A stretch of DNA of 64,000 nt from Candidatus Latescibacterota bacterium (GTDB lineage Bacteria; Latescibacterota; UBA2968; UBA8231). Every line of letters begins with the position of its first letter. Positions within the stretch are counted from its first letter, which is position 1. Both the position numbers and the translations under genes were made by a program. Shown here piece by piece: positions 36,983 to 47,081 of this stretch. The notes under the pieces were generated by a model. That model was not told the DNA's origin. It saw nothing but the letters and a program-made list of their open reading frames with translations, and ran no database searches. The DNA lies in the NCBI GenBank assembly GCA_965221775.1, contig CBDCSU010000006.1, forward strand, positions 1,248,001-1,312,000, given 5' to 3'.

Positions 36983-37926
36983 GTGAGGCCCTCCAGGCGG
37001 TAGACGCGCGCGGCGGTGTCGTGGAAGAGGCAGGCCCGGTCGGCCGGCGGCAGGTCCGCCGTCCAGTCGAGGAAGCGGCCGTAGAGGGTGGGGACGTCGA
37101 TGCCCTGCACACCGTCCACCGGGTAGTTGCTGGCGAACATGCAGCGGCCGGCGCCGAAAATGTGGATCGCCTGACGCACCAGGTCCCTCGCCTTGGCCTC
37201 CTGCGCAGGATCCCGGTGGTAGTCGGGCGCGCAGAAGAACACCATGGAGAGCTTCATGCTCGCGTGGGGAAGAGCGGCCATCGCCTTCAGGCCCTCCTGC
37301 CACAGGTCCATGTAGCCGGGATCCCCGCTGTCGTGGAAGGAGGCGAGATGACCGACGATGACCGGCGTCTCCGGGAAGTCGCCGAAAGTCGCCGCCGCGT
37401 CGGCGAGCTGATGGGGGTTGCACTGCAGGTCGAAGGAGAGGCCGCGCTCGCCGAGGAGGGCGAGGCTCTCGCGGAAGACGGGGTCGCCCAGGAAGTCGCC
37501 GCGCTCCACCTGCGGCCAAGTGAGGGCGGGGTTGTCCGGATGGTGGTTGAGGATCATGCGCACGCCGCGGAAGCGCTCCCCCGCCTCGGCGAGATGACGG
37601 TCCAGGATCTGCCCGGTGTGGCGGACATCCCGCGCCAGGTGCGCGTAGGGGACGATGGCGAAGGGGTGTCCCGTGGGCGCCATCTGATCGCGGACGAAGC
37701 GGGTCTCGGCGACCTCGTCGAGGGGGAACCCGCCCTCCATCTGGCCGACTACCGTCTCCACGTGGACGGAGGCCTCCAGCTCCAGGGGCGCCGGCAGTTG
37801 GCCCATGTCGCGCAGGTAGTCCCCGGCGTGGTAGACGGGCAGGTCCCGCTCCACGTCGGGGCCCAGGTTCGGGTTGGGCCGGACGCCCAGGTCCCACAGG
37901 TGGAAATGGGGGTCGATGATCCGCAT
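36979..37926 (-). CDS. Amidohydrolase_2 family (sugar-lactonase-like)
   Basis: IIDPHFHLWD, FRGVR, LSFDL, VGH, MKLS, CMFASNYPVD. Confidence 0.85.
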   Translation of the reverse strand: MRIIDPHFHLWDLGVRPNPNLGPDVERDLPVYHAGDYLRDMGQLPAPLELEASVHVETVVGQMEGGFPLDEVAETRFVRDQMAPTGHPFAIVPYAHLARDVRHTGQILDRHLAEAGERFRGVRMILNHHPDNPALTWPQVERGDFLGDPVFRESLALLGERGLSFDLQCNPHQLADAAATFGDFPETPVIVGHLASFHDSGDPGYMDLWQEGLKAMAALPHASMKLSMVFFCAPDYHRDPAQEAKARDLVRQAIHIFGAGRCMFASNYPVDGVQGIDVPTLYGRFLDWTADLPPADRACLFHDTAARVYRLEGLT

Positions 37927-38114
37927 GGCACTCCTTCGGGAGGTGGTGTGCGCGCCTCAGGGGCGGGGAAAGAAGGCGGACTCGCGGGCGCGGGACAACT
38001 GCCGGCAAGGCCGGTTGCCCGGCCGGGAAGACCCCCATAACCTACCTCATCCGCGCTGGCGCCGGGCGCCGGCGGGTGGACTCACCGAGACAATCGCGAG
38101 AGGAGAAACGCTGA

Positions 38115-38465
38115 ATGGATTCGCTTCCACTCTATGCTCTCTTGTGGGGGTTGCCCGCCCTCCTGGTCCTGCTCGTCCCATGGGTGGTGCGCAAGCTGCG
38201 CGGAACCCCGCCCGAACCCCGGATGACGGATGCCAACTTCCTGGTGAAGATGCGCCTCCACAACTACATGAAGGAAAGCCAGTACGTGCTCCCCGCCCTG
38301 CTGTTTGCGGCGATGGTCTACCTCCTGTCTGGGTACCAGGACGGCGGTTGGAACAAGTTCCTGAGCGGCACCTTTCTGGGACTGGCGGTGGCCCACGCTG
38401 GCCGCTACTTAACCTGCCGCCAGCTCGGCAAACTGCTGAAGAAGGAAGAGGAGCTCGCCGCGTGA
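38115..38465 (+). CDS. Small membrane protein (3 TM)
   Basis: AGGAG SD; three hydrophobic segments; GTGA overlap with the next gene. Confidence 0.65.
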   Translation: MDSLPLYALLWGLPALLVLLVPWVVRKLRGTPPEPRMTDANFLVKMRLHNYMKESQYVLPALLFAAMVYLLSGYQDGGWNKFLSGTFLGLAVAHAGRYLTCRQLGKLLKKEEELAA

Positions 38466-39703
38466 CCACACCCACCGACTTCACCATCGCCGCCGTCGAG
38501 CGCATCCGCGTCGACGTCCCCTTCCACGAGCGCTGCGCCGACCGCATGACGGTGCGCGGCAACGGCTGGTCCGTCGTCGACATCTACCGGGTCGAGCTGG
38601 CCTGCGGCGCCGTCGGCGTGGGCGAGACGATCGTCGGCTACACCTGGGGCGCCTCGGCCGAGGCGCGGGTGCAGGCGAGCCGGGGCCGCAGCGTCTTCGA
38701 CCTGCTCTGGGACGACAGCCTCGGCGCCGGCCTGCAGATGGCCTGCTTCGACGCCGCCGGCAAGGCCGCCGGGGTGCCCTGCCACCGCCTGATGGGCCCG
38801 AAGTACCGCGACGCCTGCCCGGTCTCGTGGTGGTCGCAGGACGCGAAGCCGGAGGAGTGGGTGGCCGAGGCGCAAGCGGCCGAGGCCAGCGGCTTCACCA
38901 CCATGAAGGTGAAGGCCCGTCCCTGGCACGACCTCGACGAGCAGCTCGCCGCGGTGGCGGCGGCGGTCTCCCCCCATTTCAAGCTCGACGCCGACTTCAA
39001 CGAGATGCTCCTCGGGGTGGACGTGGCGGCGCCCGTCATCTCCCGGCTCGAGGCGAAGTACCCCATGCTGGCCATGGTCGAGAGCCCCATCCCGCAGAAG
39101 GATGTGGCCGGCAACGCCGCCCTGCGCCGGCAGATCCGCAGCCCCATCGCCATGCACTTCGGCAATCCCCCGCCCATGACGGCGATCCGCGAAGGGGTGT
39201 GCGACGGCTTCGTCATCGGCGGCGGGGCGAGCCAGGTAATGAACCAAGGCACCCTGGCGGCGCACGCCGCCATGCCCTTCTGGCTGCAGATGGTGGGCAC
39301 CGGGCTGACGACCACGTTCTCCGTGCATCTGGGGGCGGTGCTGGCCCAGGCCCGCTGGCCGGCGATCCCCTGCATCAACATCTACTCCCACACCCTGCTG
39401 ACGGAGTTCGCCGTCGAGGGCGGGCACGTGGCCGTGCCCGAGGGACCCGGCCTGGGGGTGGAGGTGGACTGGGACGTTGTCGAGGGATTCCGCGTCGACC
39501 CGGATTACGTCAAGCCCGACCCGCGCCAGATCCACACCATCCACTGGCCGGACGGGCGCCATACCAACTACCCGGGCGGCGGCTACCGCACCGACTTCAC
39601 CGCCGGGCGGCTGCCCCCGTTCCTGCCAGGGATCTCCCTCGACTACCGCCTCGACGACGGCTCCGAGGCGTTCGACGGGGAGTACCGCGATCTGTTCGGG
39701 TGA
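38462..39703 (+). CDS. Mandelate racemase/muconate-lactonising enzyme (enolase superfamily)
   Basis: GVGET, DAAGKAAGVP, KVK, LDADFN, ESPI, VPEGPGLGVEVD. Confidence 0.85.
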   Translation: MTTPTDFTIAAVERIRVDVPFHERCADRMTVRGNGWSVVDIYRVELACGAVGVGETIVGYTWGASAEARVQASRGRSVFDLLWDDSLGAGLQMACFDAAGKAAGVPCHRLMGPKYRDACPVSWWSQDAKPEEWVAEAQAAEASGFTTMKVKARPWHDLDEQLAAVAAAVSPHFKLDADFNEMLLGVDVAAPVISRLEAKYPMLAMVESPIPQKDVAGNAALRRQIRSPIAMHFGNPPPMTAIREGVCDGFVIGGGASQVMNQGTLAAHAAMPFWLQMVGTGLTTTFSVHLGAVLAQARWPAIPCINIYSHTLLTEFAVEGGHVAVPEGPGLGVEVDWDVVEGFRVDPDYVKPDPRQIHTIHWPDGRHTNYPGGGYRTDFTAGRLPPFLPGISLDYRLDDGSEAFDGEYRDLFG

Positions 39704-39713
39704 GCCGGGCGAC

Positions 39714-40253
39714 TCACTTCACCAGGCGGGCGATCTCCCGGAACCCGGGGTTCCCGGCCTCGCGCAGCAGCTCGAAGAGGGCCGTCTCCACCGAGGTGAT
39801 CCCGGCGCCGGCGGCCCGGGCCTTCTCCAGGCCCACGCGCTTGTTCTGAGCCGTTCGCGAGGAGACGGCATCCTCCACCACTTCCACCTCGTAGCCGCGG
39901 CCGCGGAGATCGCGGACGGTCTGGTAGACGCAGATGTGGGTCTCGATGCCGGAGACCAGGACCTGCCGCCGGCCGCTCTCCTCGAGGAGACGCGCGAAGT
40001 CGGGCTGGCCCCAGGCGCTGAAGCAGGTCTTGGCCAGCGGCTCCCGGTCGCTCAGCAGCTCGGCGACCTCGGGGATCGTCGGCCCCAGGCCCTCGGGATA
40101 CTGCTCCAGCCACAGCACCGGCAACTCCAGGATGCGGGCCCCCCGCACCAGGATCTGCAGGTTCCGGTAGAGGCTTTCCCGGTCGTGCATCAGGGTCGCG
40201 AGCTTGCCCTGCACGTCGATGACGGCCAGCGCCGTGTCGGAAGCGTTCAGCAT
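39714..40253 (-). CDS. Isochorismatase family hydrolase
   Basis: VIDVQGKL, EQYPEGLGPT, KTCFS, GIETHICVYQT, DAVSSR. Confidence 0.9.
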   Translation of the reverse strand: MLNASDTALAVIDVQGKLATLMHDRESLYRNLQILVRGARILELPVLWLEQYPEGLGPTIPEVAELLSDREPLAKTCFSAWGQPDFARLLEESGRRQVLVSGIETHICVYQTVRDLRGRGYEVEVVEDAVSSRTAQNKRVGLEKARAAGAGITSVETALFELLREAGNPGFREIARLVK

Positions 40254-40273
40254 GGCTCAGCGGAGTTGAAAGA

Positions 40274-41143
40274 ATGAGCGAGTTGCCGCGCCGCAGGATG
40301 GGCCGCACCGGCATGCGGCCCCGGGCCCTCGGCATGGGCGCCGCCTTCGTCAGCCACGTGGCCGAGGCGGAGACGATCGCCACCATCGAGCGCGCCCTCG
40401 ATCTGGGGATAGACTACTTCGACAGCTACGCCGGCCGCAACGAGGGCCGCTGGGGCCGGGCGCTGGCCGGCGTCGAGCGGTCGAGCTACTACATGCAGGC
40501 CAAGGTCGGCCCCCACTACGAGCGGCCCAAGGACTTCTCGGCCGAGGCGACGCGCTGGAGCGTCGAGCAAAGCCTGCGGGCGCTCCGGGTCGACTATCTC
40601 GATGCCGTCCTCGTCCACGACCCGGCCGACATCGCCGACCCGCTGGGCCCCGGCCGCGCCTTCGACGAGCTGCAGCGGATGAAGGAGGAGGGGCTGGTGC
40701 GCCACATCGGCCTGGGGGTCCGCCAGCACGACTTCCACCGCGCCGCCATCGAGGCGGGACACGCCGAGATCGTCCTCACCTTTCTCGACTACACATTGCT
40801 GGATCAGTCGATCGTCGACACCACCATGGCCCTGGCCAGGGAACACGGCACCGGCCTCATCCTGGCCAGCGTCTTCGGCATGGGCCGCCTCACCGGCGTC
40901 GAGCCCGACCCGGCCGCCGAGCCGCGGGCCCACGCCATGTGGGAGTGGTGCCGCGAGCGGGGCGTGGACATCAAGCACCTGGCCATGCAGTTCTGTCTCG
41001 ACGCGCCCGTCGACGGCATCGTCATGAGCGGCCCCGCCGACCGCCACCAGCTCCAGGACGCGTACGACGCGGCGGTCCAAGAGGTGCCGCCCGGGGTCTG
41101 GTCCGCCTTCGAGGAACGGTTCGGCGTCGGAGTCTCGGGATGA
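40274..41143 (+). CDS. Aldo/keto reductase
   Basis: RRMGRTG, GIDYFD, SLRALRVDYLDAVLVHDP, GLVRHIGLG. Confidence 0.85.
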   Translation: MSELPRRRMGRTGMRPRALGMGAAFVSHVAEAETIATIERALDLGIDYFDSYAGRNEGRWGRALAGVERSSYYMQAKVGPHYERPKDFSAEATRWSVEQSLRALRVDYLDAVLVHDPADIADPLGPGRAFDELQRMKEEGLVRHIGLGVRQHDFHRAAIEAGHAEIVLTFLDYTLLDQSIVDTTMALAREHGTGLILASVFGMGRLTGVEPDPAAEPRAHAMWEWCRERGVDIKHLAMQFCLDAPVDGIVMSGPADRHQLQDAYDAAVQEVPPGVWSAFEERFGVGVSG

Positions 41144-43809
41144 AGCGGATCCTCCTCCCTCTCGTCCTGCTGCTGCTCACCCATGCAGACCTGTCCGCCG
41201 CCGTGTTGAAGGGCCGGGTGCTCGACGCCGGGACCGGAGAACCCCTGTTCGGCGCGAATGTGTACCTGGAGAACGGGGACCGGGGCACCACCACGGGCCC
41301 CGACGGAGCATTCGAGATCGGCGGCGTCGCCGCGAGCAGCGATACCCTGGTGGCCAGCTTCATCGGGTACGAGGAGTTCCGCCTCGCCGTCCTCGTCGCG
41401 GCGGACGACATCGAGCTGATCGTCGAGCTGGTGCCCGAGGTCTTTCGAGGGCAGGAGATCGTCGTCGTGGCCGACCGCGCCAGGCTGCGGGAGACACCGG
41501 TCGCCTTCACGGACGTTCCCAAGGCGGAGATGGACCGCCGCCTCGGCTCCCGGGACCTGCCCCTGATCCTGGACGATACGCCGGGTGTGTACGCCACCGG
41601 CCAGGGCGGCGGTTCCGGCGATTCGCGCATCAACCTCAGGGGATTCGACCAACGCAACGTCGCGGTGATGATCAACGGCGTGCCCGTCAACGACATGGAG
41701 AACGGCTGGGTCTACTGGTCCAACTTCGACGGGCTCGGGGACGCCACCTCGTCGATCCAGGTGCAGCGCGGACTGGGGGCCTCCAACCTCGCCATCGCCT
41801 CGGTGGGCGGCACCGTGAACATCATAACCGACATCGCCGGCGCGCGGCGCGGATTCCAGGTCAAGCAGGAGATCGGCAGCGGCGCCTTTCGCAGGACCCG
41901 GGTCGGCTTCTCCTCCGGGCTGATCGACGGCCGCACCGCCTTCACCCTCGGCCTTACCCGCAAGACCGGGGACGGCCTCGCCGATCAGACCTGGACGTCG
42001 GCCTGGTCCTACTTCGGGGCCCTGAGCTTCCTGGCCTCCGACGAGCACAAGATCGACCTCTTCGTCGCCGGCGCTCCGCAGCGCCACGGGCAGCGCCTCT
42101 ACAAGCAGCCCATCGCCACCTTCGACGCCGGGTACGCACGCTCCCTCGGTGTCGACGTGACGGACTCCGAGAGCCACGGCACCAGCTTCAACCCCAACTG
42201 GGGGCCGTCGCCCTTCCCTTCCTACCGGGAGTACTACAACGGCAAGCTCCACGACGCCCGCGACAGCGCGGTCCTGATGGAGCGCGAGAACTACTACCAC
42301 AAGCCGCAGGTCAACCTCAACTGGTACTGGACGCCCGGCGAAAGGCTGATCCTCTCCAACGTCTTCTACTTCTCCCGCGGCAAGGGGGGCGGCAGCGGAC
42401 GCCTGGGGGCCAACCCCGGCCAGCGGGCCGACGGCAGCATCGACTGGCAGCGGGCCTCCGACGAGCTGAACACCCTGACCGCGGCGGAAGCGGATCCCGG
42501 CCTGGTGGAAGCAGGGCATGTGGGGGAGAGCGAGATCGGCGCGGAGACGGTGATCCGCAACTCGGTGAACCACCAGTTCTGGTACGGATACCTGGGGACG
42601 GCGGAGTACCGCCTGAGCAGCGCCGTCAAGCTCGCCCTGGGCGCCGACCTGCGATACTACAAGGGCCAGCACTGGCGAGAGGTGCGCAACCTGCTCGGCG
42701 CCGACTACTTCGTCTACGAGTGGGACGCCAACGCCGCCACGCCGGTCAAGCGGCTCGGAGACAAGGTCTCCTTCCACAACGACGGCCTCACGCGCTGGGG
42801 CGGCGGTTTCGCCCAGCTCGAGGGACGGTTCGGAGACCTGACCGCCTTCACCAGCGCTTCGGGGTCGATGACGGGATACCAACGCATCGACTACTTCCGC
42901 TCCAAGGTCGACGGCGATTGGGACAAGACCGGCTGGGCCAACTTCAACGGCTACACCGCCAAGGTGGGTGGCAACTACAACCTGACCCCCGCGGTCAACC
43001 TCTACGCCAACGCCGGCTGGCTGTCGACGGCGCCCAAGTTCGACTCCGTCTACCACTACGACAACAGCCTCTACGACCCGACCTTCAACGAGAAGGTCGC
43101 CTCCTTCGAGGTAGGGGCCGGGTATCTCGAGCGCGGCCGCCTCACGGGAAACGCCAACCTCTACTACACCCGCTGGATGGACCGCTCCTGGCCCAAGAGC
43201 ATCTACAGCGACAAGCTCGACCAGAGCTTCCGGTTTCTGCTCAACGGCATCGACGCGCTGCACAAGGGGATCGAGCTGGATCTCAAGGCGCGCCTCCACC
43301 CCATACTGGAGCTGCGCGGCATGGTCTCCCTGGGCGACTGGGAGTGGCTCAACGACGTGGACGTCACCTTCTCACCGGAGGAGGACCCGCAAGCCGTCGG
43401 CAACTTCCAGGTGTATGCCGGAGGGCTGAAGGTCGGCGACTCCGCGCAGAAGAGCCTGGCCCTGAGGGCCGCCCTCTTTCCTGCGCGGGGCCTCTACGCC
43501 TCCCTGGGCCTCCGGCGCTTCATGGATCACTACGCCCGGTTCGACCCGGCCAACCGCACCGACCCCGGCGACCGCCGGCAGTCCTGGAAGCTTCCGGACT
43601 ACAACCTCGTCGACCTCCACGCCAGCTACCGGCTGCCCCGCGATCTCTTCGGCACCGGCCGGACGAGGCTGCGGCTGCACGTCTTCAACCTCCTCGACGA
43701 GCTGCACATCTCCGACGCCGACGACGGAGAGGACCACGACGCGGCGAGCGCCCGCGTCTTCCTCGGGCTGCCGCGGCGCTGGAACATCTCGCTGTCGTAC
43801 GAGTACTGA
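41140..43809 (+). CDS. TonB-dependent receptor with N-terminal carboxypeptidase-regulatory-like domain
   Basis: Signal peptide; GRVLDAGTGEPLFGANV, SFIGY; plug region INLRGF..INGVPVND, IQVQRG; C-terminal VFNLLD...PRRWNISLSYEY. Confidence 0.92.
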   Translation: MKRILLPLVLLLLTHADLSAAVLKGRVLDAGTGEPLFGANVYLENGDRGTTTGPDGAFEIGGVAASSDTLVASFIGYEEFRLAVLVAADDIELIVELVPEVFRGQEIVVVADRARLRETPVAFTDVPKAEMDRRLGSRDLPLILDDTPGVYATGQGGGSGDSRINLRGFDQRNVAVMINGVPVNDMENGWVYWSNFDGLGDATSSIQVQRGLGASNLAIASVGGTVNIITDIAGARRGFQVKQEIGSGAFRRTRVGFSSGLIDGRTAFTLGLTRKTGDGLADQTWTSAWSYFGALSFLASDEHKIDLFVAGAPQRHGQRLYKQPIATFDAGYARSLGVDVTDSESHGTSFNPNWGPSPFPSYREYYNGKLHDARDSAVLMERENYYHKPQVNLNWYWTPGERLILSNVFYFSRGKGGGSGRLGANPGQRADGSIDWQRASDELNTLTAAEADPGLVEAGHVGESEIGAETVIRNSVNHQFWYGYLGTAEYRLSSAVKLALGADLRYYKGQHWREVRNLLGADYFVYEWDANAATPVKRLGDKVSFHNDGLTRWGGGFAQLEGRFGDLTAFTSASGSMTGYQRIDYFRSKVDGDWDKTGWANFNGYTAKVGGNYNLTPAVNLYANAGWLSTAPKFDSVYHYDNSLYDPTFNEKVASFEVGAGYLERGRLTGNANLYYTRWMDRSWPKSIYSDKLDQSFRFLLNGIDALHKGIELDLKARLHPILELRGMVSLGDWEWLNDVDVTFSPEEDPQAVGNFQVYAGGLKVGDSAQKSLALRAALFPARGLYASLGLRRFMDHYARFDPANRTDPGDRRQSWKLPDYNLVDLHASYRLPRDLFGTGRTRLRLHVFNLLDELHISDADDGEDHDAASARVFLGLPRRWNISLSYEY

Positions 43810-43968
43810 GGGCCAGGACGGGCCCTCAGCGGGCACCGGGGATCCGGCTCCGGGCCGAACTTCCAGGCCCGCGGCCGGGTGGCGTGTGGGGCCGCCGGCC
43901 CTCAGTTTATTGAACCGGTGACGATCGCCGCCGCGCCCTTCAACGAACTCCCCGAGGAAGCCACGACC

Positions 43969-44889
43969 ATGGAACCCCGAGTCCGAGAGATCCTGAGCTG
44001 GTACGGAAGCGACAACCCCGGCACCCTGACCAACCTCGCCCGCCTCCTCAACCAGGGCAGGCTCGGCGGCAGCGGCCGCTTGGTCATCCTGCCCGTCGAC
44101 CAGGGCGTGGAGCACGGTCCCGCCCGCTCCTTCGTGCCCAACCCGCCCGCCTTCGACCCCCGCTATCACTTCGAACTGGCCCTCGAAGCCGGCCTCAACG
44201 CCTACGCCGCGCCCCTCGGCTTCCTCGAGGCCGGCGCCCGCGACTACGCCGGCGACCTGCCCCTGATCCTCAAGCTCAACAACCGCGAGAACCTGGCTTC
44301 CGACGCCGACCCCCTGCAGGCCGTCACCGGCTCCGTGGAGGCGGCCCTGCGCCTCGGCTGCGCCGCCATCGGCTACACCGTCTACCCCGGCTCGGCTCCG
44401 CGGGTGCAGATGTACGAGAAGCTCCAGGCCCTCGGCGAGGAAGCCAAGCGCCACGGCCTGGTGGTCGTCGTCTGGTCCTACCCCCGCGGCTCGGACCTGA
44501 GCAAGGAGGGCGAGACCGCCCTCGACGTCTCCGCCTACGCCGCCCAGATCGCCGCCCAGCTCGGCGCCCACATCATCAAGGTGAAGCCGCCCGACGACTT
44601 CGTGGAGCAGAAGGAGGCGAGCGCCGCCTACGAGAAAGCCGGCACCCCCACATCGACCCTCGCCGAGCGCGTCGCCCACGTGGTACAGTCCGCCTTCAAC
44701 GGCCGCCGGGTCATCATCTTTTCGGGGGGACCCGCCAAGGGCACCGCCGAGGTGCTGGAGGAGATCCGCGGCATCCGCGACGGGGGCGGATTCGGGTCGA
44801 TCATGGGGCGGAATGCGTTCCAGCGGGAGCGGGGGGAGGCGCTGGAGTTGCTGGATCAGGTGATTGGGATATATCAGGGGAGGGTGTAG
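43969..44889 (+). CDS. fbaB: Class I (DhnA-type) fructose-bisphosphate aldolase
   Basis: ILPVDQGVEHGP, AIGYTVYPGS, WSYPRG, AQLGAHIIKVK, FSGG, GSIMGRNAFQR. Confidence 0.9.
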   Translation: MEPRVREILSWYGSDNPGTLTNLARLLNQGRLGGSGRLVILPVDQGVEHGPARSFVPNPPAFDPRYHFELALEAGLNAYAAPLGFLEAGARDYAGDLPLILKLNNRENLASDADPLQAVTGSVEAALRLGCAAIGYTVYPGSAPRVQMYEKLQALGEEAKRHGLVVVVWSYPRGSDLSKEGETALDVSAYAAQIAAQLGAHIIKVKPPDDFVEQKEASAAYEKAGTPTSTLAERVAHVVQSAFNGRRVIIFSGGPAKGTAEVLEEIRGIRDGGGFGSIMGRNAFQRERGEALELLDQVIGIYQGRV

Positions 44890-44910
44890 CCAGCGGGAGT
44901 TATCCCTCTC

Positions 44911-46326
44911 GTGAACCTCTCCGACGGCAATTCCCGCGAGTCCCTGACGAGCCAGCAGCGCAATCTGCTGCTGGCCGAGCCGGTGGCGCGACTATCCCTT
45001 GAGCGGCGGGTGATCTTCAAGGACGATCCGACGATCGCCGACCGTCTGGATGTCCAGTACCTGGCGCTGAACGCGATCGACTTCGTCATGGAACGCTCTG
45101 CGGTCGAGTCGGGTGCATCTCCGGCCGAAATCGTCGAGCATGTCGCCGCCGAAGCAACGCGGGTGAAGCCGAGCCTCACGGACGAGCAGAGCCGCAAGGT
45201 CGGACAGGTGGTTCTCGACTATCTCGCCAACGCCAGGGACGGGCACAAGGCATTCCGTATCGAGTACTACGATGCTGGCCGCGGCGGCTATTCGTTTCGC
45301 GACTTCCGGCTGTTGGCCCTGTCCATGGCCGCCGACGGATCAGCCAAGTTCAAGCTGGGCCGCGGGGCACAAGTCCTGACGCTGGCAATGCTGGATGTGG
45401 CGCCCGAGTTCGCGCAGGAAGCCGAGGCGATTATGATCCGAAAGGCAGTCGAGCGCGGCCGCTTCAAAGATGCGCAAACCCTCGCCCAGCGCGCACGCAT
45501 GCGCTCGATCCACTATCAGCAGTTCATAGAAGACCGGCTGTTTCGGGTCCGACGCGCCGCAGACCGCATTGTCTGGAGCGAGGAGGTGCTGCCCGAGCTC
45601 GACCGAGCCCGCGCGCATCTGAGCGAACGGCGCAAGCACGAAGGCGCGATCATCGAATCGATTCGGGAGCATATCGCTCATGCACACGGAGACACGCGTG
45701 ATCAGCTCGTGGACCTCAAGAACACGATCGACGAGTGCCGCCAGCGTCATGCAACCCTTTTCGAACGCGTCATTACCGCGTCGGAGGAATTCCGCCAATT
45801 CCAAGTGAACGCGTTCCGGGCGCGCCGCACGCAGAATGTGCCCGATCTCGAGGATCGAATTCTGGTTCCGCTGCTTGCCTCGCCAATGAGAGCAATCTCC
45901 CGCATCAGCGACGAGGTCGGGATCGTCTTCGCCGCCCCAACGTCGCCGCTGCTTCTCGATCTGGGGTTGCTGTTCGAGAGCGTCACCCAGCCCCGGTTTC
46001 GCCGCGACCCCGCCGGTGAGTATGATGAGCACGATCTCACGGGGATCGAGCGCGTTCCGCCCGAATTCGACGCCGACGAAATTGAAGAAGCACAGAAGTG
46101 GCTGGACCGAGAGATATCGACGCGCATGCGCTTGGACATGGAATCGGCAATCGACGCAGCCGAGAGACAAGGTCTTGCGGAGTCCACCCTGCGTTGCGTG
46201 CTGTTTCTGATGCTGCGGTCGTGGTGTCCTCAAGACGACCCACTGGGCGTCATCGCTTCGATCGACGGGACGATCGCGCACGAGCGAGCCGCCGGCGACA
46301 ATCTGGTGCTCGTCAGGGATACATAA
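44911..46326 (+). CDS. jetA: Wadjet JetA-like (MksF/kleisin-position) protein
   Basis: 471-aa helical protein, first gene of a tightly coupled four-gene operon ending in SMC and Toprim genes; assigned by position and size. Confidence 0.65.
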   Translation: MNLSDGNSRESLTSQQRNLLLAEPVARLSLERRVIFKDDPTIADRLDVQYLALNAIDFVMERSAVESGASPAEIVEHVAAEATRVKPSLTDEQSRKVGQVVLDYLANARDGHKAFRIEYYDAGRGGYSFRDFRLLALSMAADGSAKFKLGRGAQVLTLAMLDVAPEFAQEAEAIMIRKAVERGRFKDAQTLAQRARMRSIHYQQFIEDRLFRVRRAADRIVWSEEVLPELDRARAHLSERRKHEGAIIESIREHIAHAHGDTRDQLVDLKNTIDECRQRHATLFERVITASEEFRQFQVNAFRARRTQNVPDLEDRILVPLLASPMRAISRISDEVGIVFAAPTSPLLLDLGLLFESVTQPRFRRDPAGEYDEHDLTGIERVPPEFDADEIEEAQKWLDREISTRMRLDMESAIDAAERQGLAESTLRCVLFLMLRSWCPQDDPLGVIASIDGTIAHERAAGDNLVLVRDT

Positions 46327-46328
46327 CG

Positions 46329-47081
46329 ATGGCGAACCTGACGCATCTGAGCGAGGCCCAGAAAGCGGTTCTTCTCCTCAAGAAGGGACTGTCCCCGCGA
46401 GCCTCCGCCCTGCACGGCGACGTCGACTATCGGCAGCTGCTGGCGCACTGGCGAGCCGATCCCGAATTCCGCCAACTCGTGCTCGACCTCGCGCCGATGC
46501 TAGATCTCAGAGTCATCGATGCCCTCGATCATGCGATCGTTCTGGCGCCGTCCGGTCCGGACAGTGTCTTCGCCGTTACACTCACAGACCTTCGCCCGGG
46601 TCTCGGGGAGATGTCGCGCGGCACGCTCGCTCTCGTTCAAATCGCGGTCGCGGCGACGTTCTTTCCGACCGCTGCGGTCCTGATGGGGACGCAGGACGAC
46701 AGCGCTGAGGTCTCGGCCACGCCGACGCGAATTGCGGCGGTACTGCGCGAGCACTGCGGGCGCCTGGAGGCCGAAGCGGGAGACGACCCCGACTTGGCGG
46801 AGGCGGGGCTGGCAGAAGCCTGGCGTGAGATCGCCCGCCTGCCGGACACCAGACCTGACGGCAGCCAGCGCGCGGCACTAAGCTCGCTCGCAGGCATGGT
46901 CAAACTCGTTCTCAACCAGCTTCACGAACATGGGATGGTAAGGACCCTCGAAACTGCGGACGGCGAGACCTACATCCCTACACCGCGCTTCAAGGTGCAG
47001 GTGCGTGAGCTTGCCGCCAACGAGCTGTTCGAACGCTGCGTCTCTGTCCTGCCTGGCTTCCTCGATCACGGGAGAGGATGA
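46329..47081 (+). CDS. jetB: Wadjet JetB-like (MksE/KITE-position) protein
   Basis: 250 aa, second in the operon; winged-helix-like C-terminus (L.EHGMV....ETYIPTPRF). Confidence 0.65.
   Translation: MANLTHLSEAQKAVLLLKKGLSPRASALHGDVDYRQLLAHWRADPEFRQLVLDLAPMLDLRVIDALDHAIVLAPSGPDSVFAVTLTDLRPGLGEMSRGTLALVQIAVAATFFPTAAVLMGTQDDSAEVSATPTRIAAVLREHCGRLEAEAGDDPDLAEAGLAEAWREIARLPDTRPDGSQRAALSSLAGMVKLVLNQLHEHGMVRTLETADGETYIPTPRFKVQVRELAANELFERCVSVLPGFLDHGRG

Noticed and set aside
34011-38038. Apparent 1033-aa and 733-aa ORFs
   Set aside because: Their N-terminal parts are out-of-frame read-through over neighbouring genes; the real starts are at 35840 and 36982 with ATGA overlaps
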